Assembly (NCBI RefSeq): GCF_028641065.1
Contig: NC_073386.1
Coordinates: 55,180,001-55,244,000, forward strand
Direction: 5' to 3'
Length of the DNA: 64,000 nt
Source: Leucoraja erinacea
Lineage: Eukaryota
Positions 36,791-51,700 of the stretch are shown here, piece after piece. The notes beneath the pieces were generated by a model that searched no databases, was not told the origin of the DNA, and saw only the letters and a list, made by a program, of their open reading frames with translations. The translations under genes were made by a program, and so were the position numbers. Positions within the stretch are counted from its first letter, which is position 1. Each line of letters opens with the position of its first letter.

Positions 36791-39700
36791 CTGAAAAAAG
36801 ACAGAAGAATATTTTTAAAGAACAATATCAGTAAAATACATTCTCCACACAACAATTCTCAATCTAAACTTACCGATAACTTGTATTTCCACAAATCCTG
36901 TCTGTTTCCCAAGTTTATTAATCACTTTGACCTTACAAAGCCCAGTGTCACTTGGTGTATTTTTCAAGGGTTGTAAAGTTGTCGTTACTGAAGGACAGCA
37001 CATTTTCACTGTTGTTCACTAGTTTCTTCCAGGTGAAATTGGCTGAGGGGAACAGGAGGAGGAGCCATCTTGGGGAACAGCTGCTAACCAGCAGCCGTCC
37101 GTTTAACTCACTTTTTTTTGGAGTTTTTAGTAAGTCCTGTCCTTTGCCTGTTGGAGAATGGACTTTTTAATGTGGGGGGAAGGAGGTAATTATACTTCTA
37201 GGTCCCTACCTGGTCGGTGAGGCAGCTTTTTCTCCGGGCTGCCCCGTCGACCCGTCCTCGTGGCCTACCAGCAGGCGTGGAGCGCCGTTTCCTGGCGGGG
37301 ACCGCCCAGCACCTCGGCTTCGGTGGCGGCACAGCGCTGGGGTGCTATCGCGGAGTGGAGCGGGCGATGCCTTGCTTGGGTCACCGCGCTGGAGCTCCGG
37401 TGAGCTGTGACCGTCGAGATCAACACCTCCGGGCTGCGGGTCTGCGGAGCGGAGCGGCGCCGACTCTAACATCGGGAGCCTGGGAGCTCCAAACCGGCGC
37501 GGCCTTGTCGGCTTCGGAAGCCGCGGTCCCCAGTCAGGAAGCGGCCGTTCCAGGTGGCCCAGCCGCTGAGAGGACTCTCCCGACGCCGGGGCAACACCAC
37601 CCGGTGAGAACGGCCAGGAACATAGGGCCTCCGTTGAAGCAATAGCGGTGGCCTCAATAGGCCTGACTTTGGGTAAACTGGGGATGGGGACTGGACATTG
37701 TGCCTTCCCCCACAGTGGTAAACATTGTGGGGAGATTATTTTTTTTTGTGTGTAAGTAAACATGTTAGTCTGTGTCCAAGATGGCTGTCGGAAGGGAGAG
37801 TGGTCGCTGGCGCGCTTTAGCTGCCGCTGCTCTCTCTTCACATTGTGTTTTTGATTTTTTGTCTTTGGAATGAATTCTGTTTTTAATTTGTGTTTTGGTG
37901 ATGTCTTTATTATTTATTTTATTCCGATTATATGTTTTATTATTCTTGTTATTCTCTGTAAGGTGTCCCAACTTGAAACGTTACCCATCCATGTTCTCCA
38001 GGGATGATACCCGACACACTGAGTTACTCCAGAACTTTGTGTCTTGTTGTTGTTGTAAATCAGCATATACAATTTATTTTCCTACATCATTACAACTAAT
38101 TGGTTTTCATCACATTGCTCTTTGGGAGAATTGATACCAACCTGCATCAGTTGGCTGGACATCACGGATTGTCAATGTCCCATTCTCAGAGTCTAGCTCG
38201 CTCCATCCGCTCGATGACTGTCCTCTTCAGTACAAGCTGGGCAGGGGGGTTGGACTGGGTTGTGCAGCTGATCATGACCCTGTCTCCTTCCTTCACAGCA
38301 GAGGGGGTGATGGAGAGAGTGGTGTCCCTGGGGCTACCTGAGACCAGAGGCGTGAGAAATTAATAAATTGCAAAATGTTTAGACAAATCTGTGCCAAGAA
38401 ACATAGTCATAGTCATAAAGTGATACAGTGTGGAAACAGGCCCTTCCGCCCAACTTGCCCACACCAGCCATCATTTCCCAGCTACACTAGTCCCACCTGC
38501 CCGCCTTTATTCCATGTCCCTCCAAACCTGTCCTATCCATGTACCTGTCTAACTGTTTCTTAAATGTTGGGATAGTCCCAGCCTTAACTACCTCCTCTAG
38601 CAGCTTGTTCCATACACCTACCACCCTTGGTGTAAAAAAGTTACCCCTCAGATTCCTATTAAGTCTTTTCCCCAACACATTAAACCTATGTTCTCTGGTC
38701 CTTGATTCACCTACTCTGGGCAAGAGACTCTATACATCTACCTGATCTATTCATATCATTATGTCTATTAATGATTGTTACAATCATAGATTATTGCAAT
38801 GTATAATAATCACCATGACTTGTCAGCTCAAGTTTCTGTTCAAGGAATTAGGCACAAAAAGCTAGAAAGTCTCTCCAGTCCTGTGCCAAAGGATGGCAGC
38901 AGTTAGTTACACTTTCACATACGTTGTTAAATTAAAACCCCCTCTAGTTGACATAAACGATTTGGTAACACAATTCTAAATTTAAAGTGGCAGAGTTCTG
39001 CCCAGTTTATTCCTGCATCCTGGTCAATATTTATCACTAAACCAACATCAGTCTGAAGAAGGATCCCAACTTGAAACGTTACCCATCCATGTTCTCCAGG
39101 GATGTTACCTGACACACTGAGTTACTCCAGAACTTTGTGTCTTGTTGTTGTTGTAAATCAGCATATACAATTTGTTTTTCTTCATCATTACAACTAATTG
39201 GTTTTCCTCACATTGCTCTTTGTGAGAATGTGCTGCACCACATTTCGTTGCTTCACATGTCAAAGGCACTTTATTGGTGACAAAGTGTTTGCGTAGTCCT
39301 GAATGGTATGAATGTTCCCCCATAAATCCACATCATTCTTTCCCCCCCTAGTAATAATTCAAGTGAAAATACTTTTCACATTCAGTTCCTGTAAATTTCT
39401 CATTAATTTCCACACAAACCTTGAACCTGGAGTTTGGTGATGTTGATCTGCTTCCCCAGAGCATTAGTGGCCTCACATTGATACAGCCCTGCATCAGCTG
39501 GCTGGACATCACGGATTGTCAATGTCCCATTCTCAGAGTCTAGCTCGCTCCATCCGCTCGATGACTGCCTCTTCAGTACAAGGTGGGCAGGGGGGTTGGA
39601 CTGGGTTGTGCAGCTGAACGTGACCCTGTCTCCTTCCTTCACAGCAGAGGGGGTGATGGAGAGAGTGGTGTCCCTGGGGCTACCTGAAACCAGAGACATG

Positions 39701-42700
39701 AGAAATTAATAAATTGCAAAAATTGAGCCAAATCCGTGCAAAGAAACATAGTCATAGGCATAAAGTGATATAGTGTGGAAGCAGGCCCTTCGGCCCAACT
39801 TGCCCAAACCAGCCATCATTTCCCAGCTACACTAGTCCCGCCTGCCCCTGTTTGGTCCATGTCCCTCCAAACCTGTCCTATCCATGTACCTGTCTAAGGT
39901 TTCTTAAATGTTGGGATAGTCCCAGCCTGCAGCTACCTCTATGGAGCGAAAAGAATACGGCAGCGTTTGTTCCAAACACCCAGCACCCTTGGGTGGTAAA
40001 AAAGTTACCCCCTCAGATTCCTATTAAGTCTTTTCCCTGACACATTAACGAAGGGGAAGTGACAGCAAGGGGTCAGAATTGTGAGAATACTCTGTTCAAG
40101 AGACTCTATACCCCTACCTGATGCTATTCAAATTCATTGTGTCTCATTAATGCCAATTGTTACAATCAGAGATAGATACGGAATGGAATGTTAATGCTGA
40201 GCCACCATGACAGGTTGGTTAATGCAGCTCAAGTGTTCGGTCGAAAGGAATTAGGTCTACAAAAAGCTAGAAATTCTCTAGACTCCTGTGCCAAAGATGG
40301 GGTTGGAGGAGTTAGTTACACTTCGCACCTGGAACAACTGCGTTGAATGGAGTTAAAACCCCCTCTAGTTGACATCTCTTGCGGTTTAACACAATTCTAA
40401 ATTTAAAGTGGCAGAGTTCTGCCCAGTTTATTCCTGCATCCTGGTCAATATTTATCACTAAACCAACATCAGTCTGAAGAAGGATCCCAACTTGAAACGT
40501 TACCCATCCATGTTCTCCAGGGATGTTACCCGACACACTGAGTTACTCCAGAACTTTGTGTCTTGTTGTTGTTGTAAATCAACATATACAATTTATTTCT
40601 CTTCATCATTACAACTAATTGGTTTTCCTCACATTGCTCTTTGTGAGAATGTGCTGCACCACATTTCGTTGCTTCACATGTCAAAGGCACTTTATTGGTG
40701 ATAAAGTGTTTGCGTAGTCCTGAATGGTATGAATGTTCCCCCATAAATCCAAATCATTCTTTCCCCCCCCCTCGTAATAATTCAAGTGAAAATACTTTTC
40801 ACATTCAGTTCCTGTAAATTTCTCATTAATTTCCACACAAACCTTGAACCTGGAGTTTGGTGATGTTGATCTGCTTCCCCAGAGCATTAGTGGCCTCACA
40901 TTGATACAGCCCTGCATCAGCTAGCTGGACATCATGGATTGTCAATGTCCCATTCTCAGAGTTTAGCTCGCTCCATCCACTCGATGACTGCCTCCTCAGT
41001 ACAAGGTGGGCAGGGGGGTTGGACTGGGTTGTGCAGCTGAACATGATATTGTCTCCTTCCTTCACAGCAGAGGGGGTGATGGAGAGAGTGGTGTCCCTGG
41101 GGCTACCTGAAACCAGAGGCGTGAGAAATTAATAAATTGCAAAATGTTTAGACAAATCCATGCAAAGAAACATAGTCATAGTCATAAAGTGATATAGTGT
41201 GGAAACAGGCCCTTCGGCCCAACTTGCCCAAACCAGCCATCATTTCCCAGCTACACTCGTCCCACCTGCCCGCCTTTATTCCATGTCCCTCCAAACCTGT
41301 CCTATCCATGTACCTGTCTAACTGTTTCTTAAATGTTGGGATAGTCCCAGCCTCAACTACCTCCTCTAGCAGCTTGTTCCATACACCCACCACACTTGGT
41401 GTAAAAAAGTTACCCCTCAGATTCCTATTAAGTCTTTTCCCCGACACATTAAACCTGTGTTCTCTGGTCCTTGATTCACCTACTCTGGGCAAGAGACTCT
41501 ATACATCTGCCTGATCTATTCATATCATTATGTCTATTAATGATTGTTACAATCATAGATTATTGCAATGTATAATAATCACCATGACTTGTCAGCTCAA
41601 GTTTCTGTTCAAGGAATTAGGCACAAAGAGCTAGAAATTCTCTCCACTCCTGTGCCAAAGAATGGCAGCAGTTAGTTACACTTTCACATACGTTGTTAAA
41701 TTAAAACCCCCTCTAGTTGACATAAAATATTCTGTAACACAATTTTTAATTTAACGTGGCAGAGTTCTGCCCAGTTTATTCCTGTATCCTGGTCAATATT
41801 TATCACTAAACCAACATCAGTCTGAAGAAGGATCCCAACTTGAAACGTTACCCATCCATTTTTCCAGGGATGTTACCTGACACACTGAGTTACTCCAGAA
41901 CTTTGTGTCTTTTTGTTGTTGTAAATCAACATATACAATTTGTTTTTCTCCATCATTACAACTAATTGGTTTTCCTCACATTGCTCTTTGTGAGAATGTG
42001 CTGCACCACATTTCGTTGCTTCACATGTCAAAGGCACTTTATTGGTGATAAAGTGTTTGCGTAGTCCTGAATGGTATGAATGTTCCCCCATAAATCCAAA
42101 TCATTCTAGTAATAATTCAAGTAAAAATACTTTTTACATTCAGTTCCTGTAAATTTCTCATTAATTTCCACACAAACCTTGAACCTGGAGTTTGGTGATG
42201 TTGATCTGCTTCCCCAGAGCATTAGTGGCCTCACATTGATACAGCCCTGCATCAGCTGGCTGGACATCACGGATTGTCAATGTCCCATTCTCAGAGTCTA
42301 GCTCGCTCCATCCGTTCGATGACTGCCTCTTCAGTACAAGGTGGGCAGGGGGGTTGGACTGGGTTGTGCAGCTGAACGTGACCCTGTCTCCTTCCTTCAC
42401 AGCAGAGGGGGTGATGGAGAGAGTGGTGTCCCTGGGGCTACCTGAAACCAGAGACATGAGAAATTAATAAATTGCAAAAAGTTGAGCCAAATCCGTGCAA
42501 AGAAACACAATCATAGGCATAAAGTGATATAGTGTGGAAACAGGCCCTTCGGCCCAACTTGCCCACACCAGCCATCATGTCCCAGCTACACTAGTCCCAC
42601 CTGCCCCTGTTTGGTCCATGTCCCTGCAAACCTGTCCTATCCATGTACCTATCTAACTGTTTCTTAAATGTTGGGATAGTCCCAGCCTCAACTACCTCCT

Positions 42701-45700
42701 CTAGCAGCTTGTTCCATACACCCACCACCCTTGGTGTAAAAAAGTTACCCCTCAGATTCCTATTAAGTCTTTTCCCCGACACATTAAACCTATGTTCTCT
42801 GGTCCTTGATTCACCTACTCTGGGCAAGAGACTCTATACATCTACCTGATCTATTCATATCATTATGTCTATTAATGATTGTTACAATCATAGATTATTG
42901 CAATGTATAATAATCACCATGACTTGTCAGCTCAAGTTTCTGTTCAAGGAATTAGGCACAAAAAGCTAGAAAGTCTCTCCACTCCTGTGCGAAAGGATGG
43001 CAGCAGTTAGTTACACTTTCACATACGTTGTTAAATTAAAACCTCCTCTAGTTGACATAAATGATTCTGTAACATAATTCTAAATTTAACGTGGCAGAGT
43101 TCTGCCCAGTTTATTCCTGCATCCTGGTCAATATTTATCACTAAACCAACATCAGTCTGAAGAAGGATCCCAACTTGAAACGTTACCCATCCATGTTCTC
43201 CAGGGATGTTACCTGACACACTGAGTTACTCCAGAACTTTGTGTCTTGTTGTTGTTGTAAATCAACATATACAATTTGTTTTTCTTCATCATTACAACTA
43301 ATTGGTTTTCCTCACATTGCTCTTTGTGAGAATGTGCTGCACCACATTTCGTTGCTTCACATGTCAAAGGCACTTTATTGGTGATAAAGTGTTTGCGTAG
43401 TCCTGAATGGTATGAATGTTCCCCCATAAATCCACATCATTCTTTCCCCCCCCCCCCTAGTAATAATTCAAGTGAAAATACTTTTTACATTCAGTTCCTG
43501 TAAATTTCTCATTAATTTCCACACAAACCTTGAACCTGGAGTTTGGTGATGTTGATCTGCTTCCCCAGAGCATTAGTGGCCTCACATTGATACAGCCCTG
43601 CATCAGCTAGCTGGACATCACGGATTGTCAATGTCCCATTCTCAGAGTCTAGCTCGCTCCATCCACTCGATGACTGCCTCTTCAGTACAAGGTGGGCAGG
43701 GGGGTTGGACTGGGTTGTGCAGCTGAACGTGACCCTGTCTCCTTCCTTCACAGCAGAGGGGGTGATGGAGAGAGTGGTGTCCCTGGGGCTACCTGAAACC
43801 AGAGGCGTGAGAAATTAATAAATTGCAAAATGTTTAGACAAATCCATGCAAAGAAACATAGTCATAGTCATAAAGTGATATAGTGTGGAAACAGGCCCTT
43901 CGGCCCAACTTGCCCAAACCAGCCATCATTTCCCAGCTACACTCGTCCCACCTGCCCGCCTTTATTCCATGTCCCTCCAAACCTGTCCTATCCATGTACC
44001 TGTCTAACTGTTTCTTAAATGTTGGGATAGTCCCAGTCTCAACTACCTCCTCTAGCAGCTTGTTCCATACACCCACCACCCTTGGTGTAAAAAGGTTATC
44101 CCTCAGATTCGTATTAAGTCTTTTCCCCGACACATTAAACCTATGTTCTCTGGTCATTGATTCACCTACTCTGGGCAAGAGACTCTATACATCTACCTGA
44201 TCTATTCATATCATTATGTCTATTAATGATTGTTACAATCATAGATTATTGCAATGTATAATAATCACCATGACTTGTCAGCTCAAGTTTCTGTTCAAGG
44301 AATTAGGCACAAAAAGCTAGAAATTCTCTCCACTCCTGTGCCAAAGGATGGCAGCAGTTAGTTACACTTTCACATACGTTGTTAAATTAAAACCTCCTCT
44401 AGTTGACATAAATGATTCTGTAACACAATTCTAAATTTAACGTGGCAGAGTTCTGCCCAGTTTATTCCTGCATCCTGGTCAATATTTATCACTAAACCAA
44501 CATCAGTCTGAAGAAGGATCCCAACTTGAAACGTTACCCATCCATGTTCTCCAGGGATGTTACCCGACACACTGAGTTACTCCAGAACTTTGTGTCTTGT
44601 TGTTGTTGTAAATCAGCATATACAATTTGTTTTTCTTCATCATTACAACTAATTGGTTTTCCTCACATTGCTCTTTGTGAGAATGTGCTGCACCACATTT
44701 CGTTGCTTCACATGTCAAAGGCACTTTATTGGTGATAAAGTGTTTGCGTAGTCCTGAATGGTATGAATGTTCCCCCATAAATCCACATCATTCTTTCCCC
44801 CCCCTAGTAATAATTCAAGTGAAAATACTTTTTACATTCAGTTCCTGTAAATTTCTCATTAATTTCCACACAAACCTTGAACCTGGAGTTTGGTGATGTT
44901 GATCTGCTTCCCCAGAGCATTAGTGGCCTCACATTGATACAGCCCTGCATCAGCTGGCTGGACATCACGGATTGTCAATGTCCCATTCTCAGAGTCTAGC
45001 TCGCTCCATCCGCTCGATGACTGCCTCTTCAGTACAAGGTGGGCAGGGGGGTTGGACTGGGTTGTGCAGCTGAACGTGATATTGTCTCCTTCCTTCACAG
45101 CAGAGGGGGTGATGGAGAGAGTGGTGTCCCTGGGGCTTCCTGAAACCAGAGACATGAGAAATTAATAAATTGCAAAAATTGAGCCAAATCCGTGCAAAGA
45201 AACAGAATCATAGGCATAAAGTGATATAGTGTGGAAACAGGCCCTTCGGCCCAACTTGCCCATACCAGCCATCATTTCCCAGCTACACTCGTCCCACCTG
45301 CCCGCATTTGGTCCATGTCCCTCCAAACCTGTCCTATCCATGTACCTGTCTAACTGTCTTAAAAGTTGGGATAGTCCCAGCCTCAACTACCTCCTCTAGC
45401 AGCTTGTTCCATACACCCAGCACCCTTGGTGTAAAAAGGTTACCCCTCAGATTCGTATTAAGTCTTTTCCCTGACACATTAAACCTATGTTCTCTGGTCC
45501 TTGATTCACCTACTCTGGGCAAGAGACTCTATACATCTACCTGATCTATTCATATCATTATGTCTATTAATGATTGTTACAATCATAGATAATTGCAATG
45601 TATAATAATCACCATGACTTGTCAGCTCAAATTTCTGTTCAAGGAATTAGGCACAAAAAGCTAGAAAGTCTCTCCAGTCCTGTGCCAAAGGATGGCAGCA

Positions 45701-48700
45701 GTTAGTTACACTTTCACATACGTTGTTAAATTAAAACCTCCTCTAGTTGACATAAAAGATTCGGTAACACAATTCTAAATTTAACGTGGCAGAGTTCTGC
45801 CCAGTTTATTCCTGCATCCTGGTCAATATTTATCACTAAACCAACATCAGTCTGAAGAAGGATCCCAACTTGAAACGTTACCCATCCATGTTCTCCAGGG
45901 ATGTTACCCGACACACTGAGTTACTCCAGAACTTTGTGTCTTTTTGTTGTTGTAAATCAACGTATATAATTTGTTTTTCTTCATCATTACAACTAATTGG
46001 TTTTCCTCACATTGCTCTTTGTGAGAATGTGCTGCACCACATTTCGTTGCTTCACATGTCAAAGGCACTTTATTGGTGATAAAGTGTTTGCGTAGTCCTG
46101 AATGGTATGAATGTTCCCCCATAAATCCACATCATTCTTTCCCCCCCCTAGTAATAATCCAAGTGAAAATACTTTTTACATTCAGTTCCTGTAAATTTCT
46201 CATTAATTTCCACACAAACCTTGAACCTGGAGTTTGGTGATGTTGATCTGCTTCCCCAGAGCATTAGTGGCCTCACATTGATACAGCCCTGCATCAGCTG
46301 GCTGGACATCACGGATTGTCAATGTCCCATTCTCAGAGTCTAGCTCGCTCCATCCGCTCGATGACTGCCTCCTCAGTACAAGGTGGGCAGGGGGGTTGGA
46401 CTGGGTTGTGCAGCTGAACGTGACCCTGTCTCCTTCCTTCACAGCAGAGGGGGTGATGGAGAGAGTGGTGTCCCTGGGGCTACCTGAAACCAGAGGCGTG
46501 AGAAATTAATGAATTGCAAAAAGTTGAGCCAAATCCGTGCGAAAAAACAGTCATAGTGATACATTGTGGAAACACGTCTTTCGGCTCAACTTGCCCAAAC
46601 CAGCCATCATGTCCCAGCTACACTAGTCCCGCCCGCCCGTGTTTGGTTCATGTCCCTCCAAACCTGTCCTATCCATGTACCTGTCTAAGGTACACAGAAA
46701 TGCTGGAGAAACTCAGCGGGTGCAGCAGCATCTATGGAGCGAAGGAGATAGGCAACGTTTCGGTCCCAAACCCTTCTTCAGACTGATAGGGGGTGGGAAG
46801 AAGAAAGGAAAAAGGAGGAGGGGCCCGAGGGCTGAGGGAGAGGTAGGAAGGGGAGGAGACAGCAAGGGTTAACAGAATTGTGAGAATTCAATGTTCATGC
46901 CCCCAGGATGCAGACTCCCCAAGCGGAATATGAGGTGCTGTTCCTCCAATTTCCGGTGTTGCTCACTCTGGCCAAGGAGGAGGCCCAAGACAGAGAGGTC
47001 GGATACGGAATGGGAGGGGGAGTTGAAGTGCCGAGCCACTGTGAGGTCAGGTTGGTTAATGCGGATCGAGCGGAGGTGTTCGGCGAAACGATCGCCAAGC
47101 CTACACTTGGTCTCACCGATATAGATCAGCTGACATCTAGAGCAGCGGATGCAATAGATGGGGTTGGAGGAGGTGCAGGTGAACCTCTGTCGCACCTGGA
47201 ACGAACTGCTGGGGTCCTTGAATGGAGTCAAGGGGGGAGCTAAAGCGACAAGTGTAGCATCTCTTGCGGTTTAAGGGAAAGTGCCCGGGGAAGGGGTCGT
47301 GTCAGAGTTCTGCCCAGTTTATTCCAGTATACTGGTCAATATTTATCACTAAACCAACATCAGTCTGAAGAAGGATCCCAACTTGAAACGTTACCCATCC
47401 ATGTTCTCCAGGGATGTTACCCGACACACTGAGTTACTCCAGAACTTTGTGTCTTTTTGTTGTTGTAAATCAACATATACAATTTGTTTTTCTTCATCAT
47501 TACAACTAATTGGTTTTCCTCACATCGCTCTTTGTGAGAATGTGCTGCACCACATTTCGTTGCTTCACATGTTAAAGGCACTTTATTGGTGATAAAGTGT
47601 TTGCGTAGTCCTGAATGGTATGAATGTTCCCCCATAAATCCAAATCATTCTTTCCCCCCCTCGTAATAATTCAAGTGAAAATACTTTTCACATTCAGTTC
47701 CTGTAAATTTCTCATTAATTTCCACACAAACCTTGAACCTGGAGTTTGGTGATGTTGATCTGCTTCCCCAGAGCATTAGTGGCCTCACATTGATACAGCC
47801 CTGCATCAGCTGGCTGGACATCACGGATTGTCAATGTCCCATTCTCAGAGTCTAGCTCGCTCCATCCGCTCGATGACTGCCTCTTCAGTACAAGCTGGGC
47901 AGGGGGGTTGGACTGGGTTGTGCAGCTGAACGTGATATTGTCTCCTTCCTTCACAGCAGAGGGGGTGATGGAGAGAGTGGTGTCCCTGGGGATACCTGAA
48001 ACCAGAGACATGAGAAATTAATAAATTGCAAAAAGTTCAGCCAAATCCGTGCAAAGAAACATAGTCATAGTCATAAAGTGATATAGTGTGGAAACAGGCC
48101 CTTCGGCCCAACTTGCCTACACCAGCCATCATTTCCCAGCTACACTCGTCCCATCTGCCCCTGTTTGGTCCATGTCCCTCCAAACCTGTCCTATCCATGT
48201 ACCTGTCTAACTGTTTCTTAAATGTTGGGATAGTCCCAGCCTCAACTACCTCCTCTAGCAGCTTGTTCCATACACCCACCACCCTTGGTGTAAAAAAGTT
48301 ACCCCTCAGATTCCTATTAAGTCTTTTCCCCGACACATTAAACCTATGTTCTCTGGTCCTTGATTCACCTACTCTGGGCAAGAGACTCTATACATCTACC
48401 TGATCTATACATCTCATGATGTCTATTAATGATTGTTACAATCATAGATTATTGCAATGTATAATAATCACCATGACTTGTCAGCTCAAGTTTCTGTTCA
48501 AGGAATTAGGCACAAAAAGCTAGAAATTCTCTCCACTCCTGTGCCAAAGGATGGCAGCAGTTAGTTACAATTTCACATACGTTGTTAAATTAAAACCTCC
48601 TCTAGTTGACATAAAAGATTCGGTAACACAATTTTAAATTTAACGTGGCAGAGTTCTGCCCAGTTTATTCCTGCATCCTGGTCAATATTTATCACTAAAC

Positions 48701-51700
48701 CAACATCAGTCTGAAGAAGGATCCCAACTTGAAACGTTACCCATCCATGTTCTCCAGGGATGTTACCCGACACACTGAGTTACTCCAGAACTTTGTGTCT
48801 TGTTGTTGTTGTAAATCAACATATACAATTTATTTTTCTTCATCATTACAACTAATTGGTTTTCCTCACATTGCTCTTTGTGAGAATGTGCTACACCACA
48901 TTTCATTGCTTCACATGTCAAAGGCACTGTCTTGGTGATAAAGTGTTTGCGTAGTCCTGAATGGTATGAATGTTCCCCCATAAATCCACATCATTCTTTC
49001 CCCCCCCCCCCCCCCTAGTAATAATTCAAGTGAAAATACTTTTTACATTCAGTTCCTGTAAATTTCTCATTAATTTCCACACAAACCTTGAACCTGGAGT
49101 TTGGTGATGTTGATCTGCTTCCCCAGAGCATTAGTGGCCTCACATTGATACAGCCCTGCATCAGCTGGCTGGACATCACGGATTGTCAATGTCCCATTCT
49201 CAGAATCTAGCTCGCTCCATCCGCTCGATGACTGCCTCTTCAGTACAAGGTGGGCAGGGGGGTTGGACTGGGTTGTGCAGCTGAACGTGACCCTGTCTCC
49301 TTCCTTCACAGCAGAGGGGGTGATGGAGAGAGTGGTGTCCCTGGGGCTGCCTGAAACCAGAGACATGAGAAATTAATAAATTGCAAAAAGTTGAGCCAAA
49401 TCCGTGCAAAGAAACATAATCATAGGCATAAAGTGATATAGTGTGGAAACAGACCCTTCGGCCCAACTTGCCCAAACCAGCCATAATTTCCCAGATACAC
49501 TCGTCCCGCCTGCCCCTGTTTGGTCCATGTCCCTCCAAACCTGTCCTATCCATGTACCTGTCTAACTGTTTCTTAAATGTTGGGATAGTCCCAGCCTCAA
49601 CTACCTCCTCTAGCAGCTTGTTCCATACACCCACCACCCTTGGTGTAAAAAAGTTACCCCTCAGATTCCTATTAAGTCTTTTCCCCGACACATTAAACCT
49701 GTGTTCTCTGGTCCTTGATTCACCTACTCTGGGCAAGAGACTCTATACATCTACCTGATCTATTCATATCATTATGTCTATTAATGATTGTTACAATCAT
49801 AGATTATTGCAATGTATAATAATCACCATGACTTGTCAGCTCAAGTTTCTGTTCAAGGAATTAGGCACAAAAAGCTAGAAAGTCTCTCCAGTCCTGTGCC
49901 AAAGGATGGCAGCAGTTAGTTACAATTTCACATACGTTGTTAAATTAAAACCTCCTCTAGTTGACATAAAAGATTCTGTAAAATAATTTTAAATTTAACG
50001 TGGCAGAGTTCTGCCCAGTTTATTCCTGCATCCTGGTCAATATTTATCACTAAACCAACATCAGTCTGAAGAAGGATCCCAACTTGAAACGTTACCCATC
50101 CATGTTCTCCAGGGATGTTACCTGACACACTGAGTTACTCCAGAACTTTGTGTCTTTTTGTTGTTGTAAATCAGCATATACAATTTGTTTTTCTTCATCA
50201 TTACAACTCATTGGTTTTTCTCACATTGCTCTTTGTGAGAATGTGCTGCACCACATTTCGTTGCTTCACATGTTAAAGGCACTTTATTGGTGATAAAGTG
50301 TTGCGTAGTCCTGAATGGTATGAATGTTCCCCCATAAATCCAAATCATTCTTTCCCCCCTCGTAATAATTCAAGTGAAAATACTTTTCACATTCAGTTCC
50401 TGTAAATTTCTCATTAATTTCCACACAAACCTTGAACCTGGAGTTTGGTGATGTTGATCTGCTTCCCCAGAGCATTAGTGGCCTCACATTGATACAGCCC
50501 TGCATCAGCTGGCTGGACATCACGGATTGTCAATGTCCCATTCTCAGAGTCTAGCTCGCTCCATCCGCTCGATGACTGCCTCCTCAGTACAAGGTGGGCA
50601 GAGGGGTTGGACTGGGTTGTGCAGCTGAACGTGACCCTGTCTCCTTCCTTCACAGCAGAGGGGGTGATGGAGAGAGTGGTGTCCCTGGGGCTACCTGAAA
50701 CCAGAGGCGTGAGAAATTAATAAATTGCAAAAAGTTGAGCCAAATCCGTGCAAAGAAACATAGTCATAGTCATAAAGTGATATAGTGTGGAAACAGGCCC
50801 TTCGGCCCAACTTGCCCACACCAGCCATCATTTCCCAGCTACACTAGTCCCGCCTGCCCCTGTTTGGTCCACGTCCCTCCAAACCTGTCCTATCCATATA
50901 CCTGTGTAAGGTACACAGAAATGCTGGAGAAACTCAGCGGGTGCAGCAGCATCTATGGAGTGAAAGAGATAGGCAACGTTTCGTTCCCAAACCCTTCTTC
51001 AGACTGATAGGGGGTGGGAAGAAGAAAGGAAAAAGGAGGAGGGGGAGCCCGAGGGCTGAGGGAGAGGTAGGAAGGGGAGGAGACAGCAAGGGTTAAGAGA
51101 ATTGTGAGAATTCAATGTTCATGCCCCCAGGATGCAGACTCCCCAAGCGGAATATGAGGTGCTGTTCCTCCAATTTCCGGAGTTGCTCACTCTGGCCAAG
51201 GAGGAGGCCCAAGACAGAGAGGTCGGATACGGAATGGGAGGGGGAGTTGAAGTGCTGAGCCACCGTGAGGTCAGGTTGGTTAATGCGGACCGAGCGGAGG
51301 TGTTTGGTGAAACGATCGCCAAGCCTACGCTTGGTCTCACCGATATAGATCAGCTGACATCTAGAGCAGCGGATGCAATAGATGGGGTTGGAGGAGGTGC
51401 AGGTGAACCTCTGTCGCACCTGGAACGAACTGCTGGGGTCCTTGAATGGAGTCAAGGGGGGAGCTAAAGCGACAAGTGTAGCATCTCTTGCGGTTTAAGG
51501 GAAAGTGCCCGGGGGAGGGGTGGTGGCAGAGTTCTGCCCAGTTTATTCCTGCATCCTAGTCAATATTTATCACTAAACCAACATCAGTCTGAAGAAGGAT
51601 CCCAACTTGAAACGTTACCCATCCATGTTTTCCAGGGATGTTACCTGACACACTGAGTTACTCCAGAACTTTGTGTCTTGTTGTTGTAAATCAGCATATA

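Noticed and set aside
37050-37965. GC-rich ORFs (211 aa, 142 aa) in the last intron of copy A
   Set aside because: Absent at the paralogous position in copy B and no recognisable domain; probably an unclassified repeat insertion
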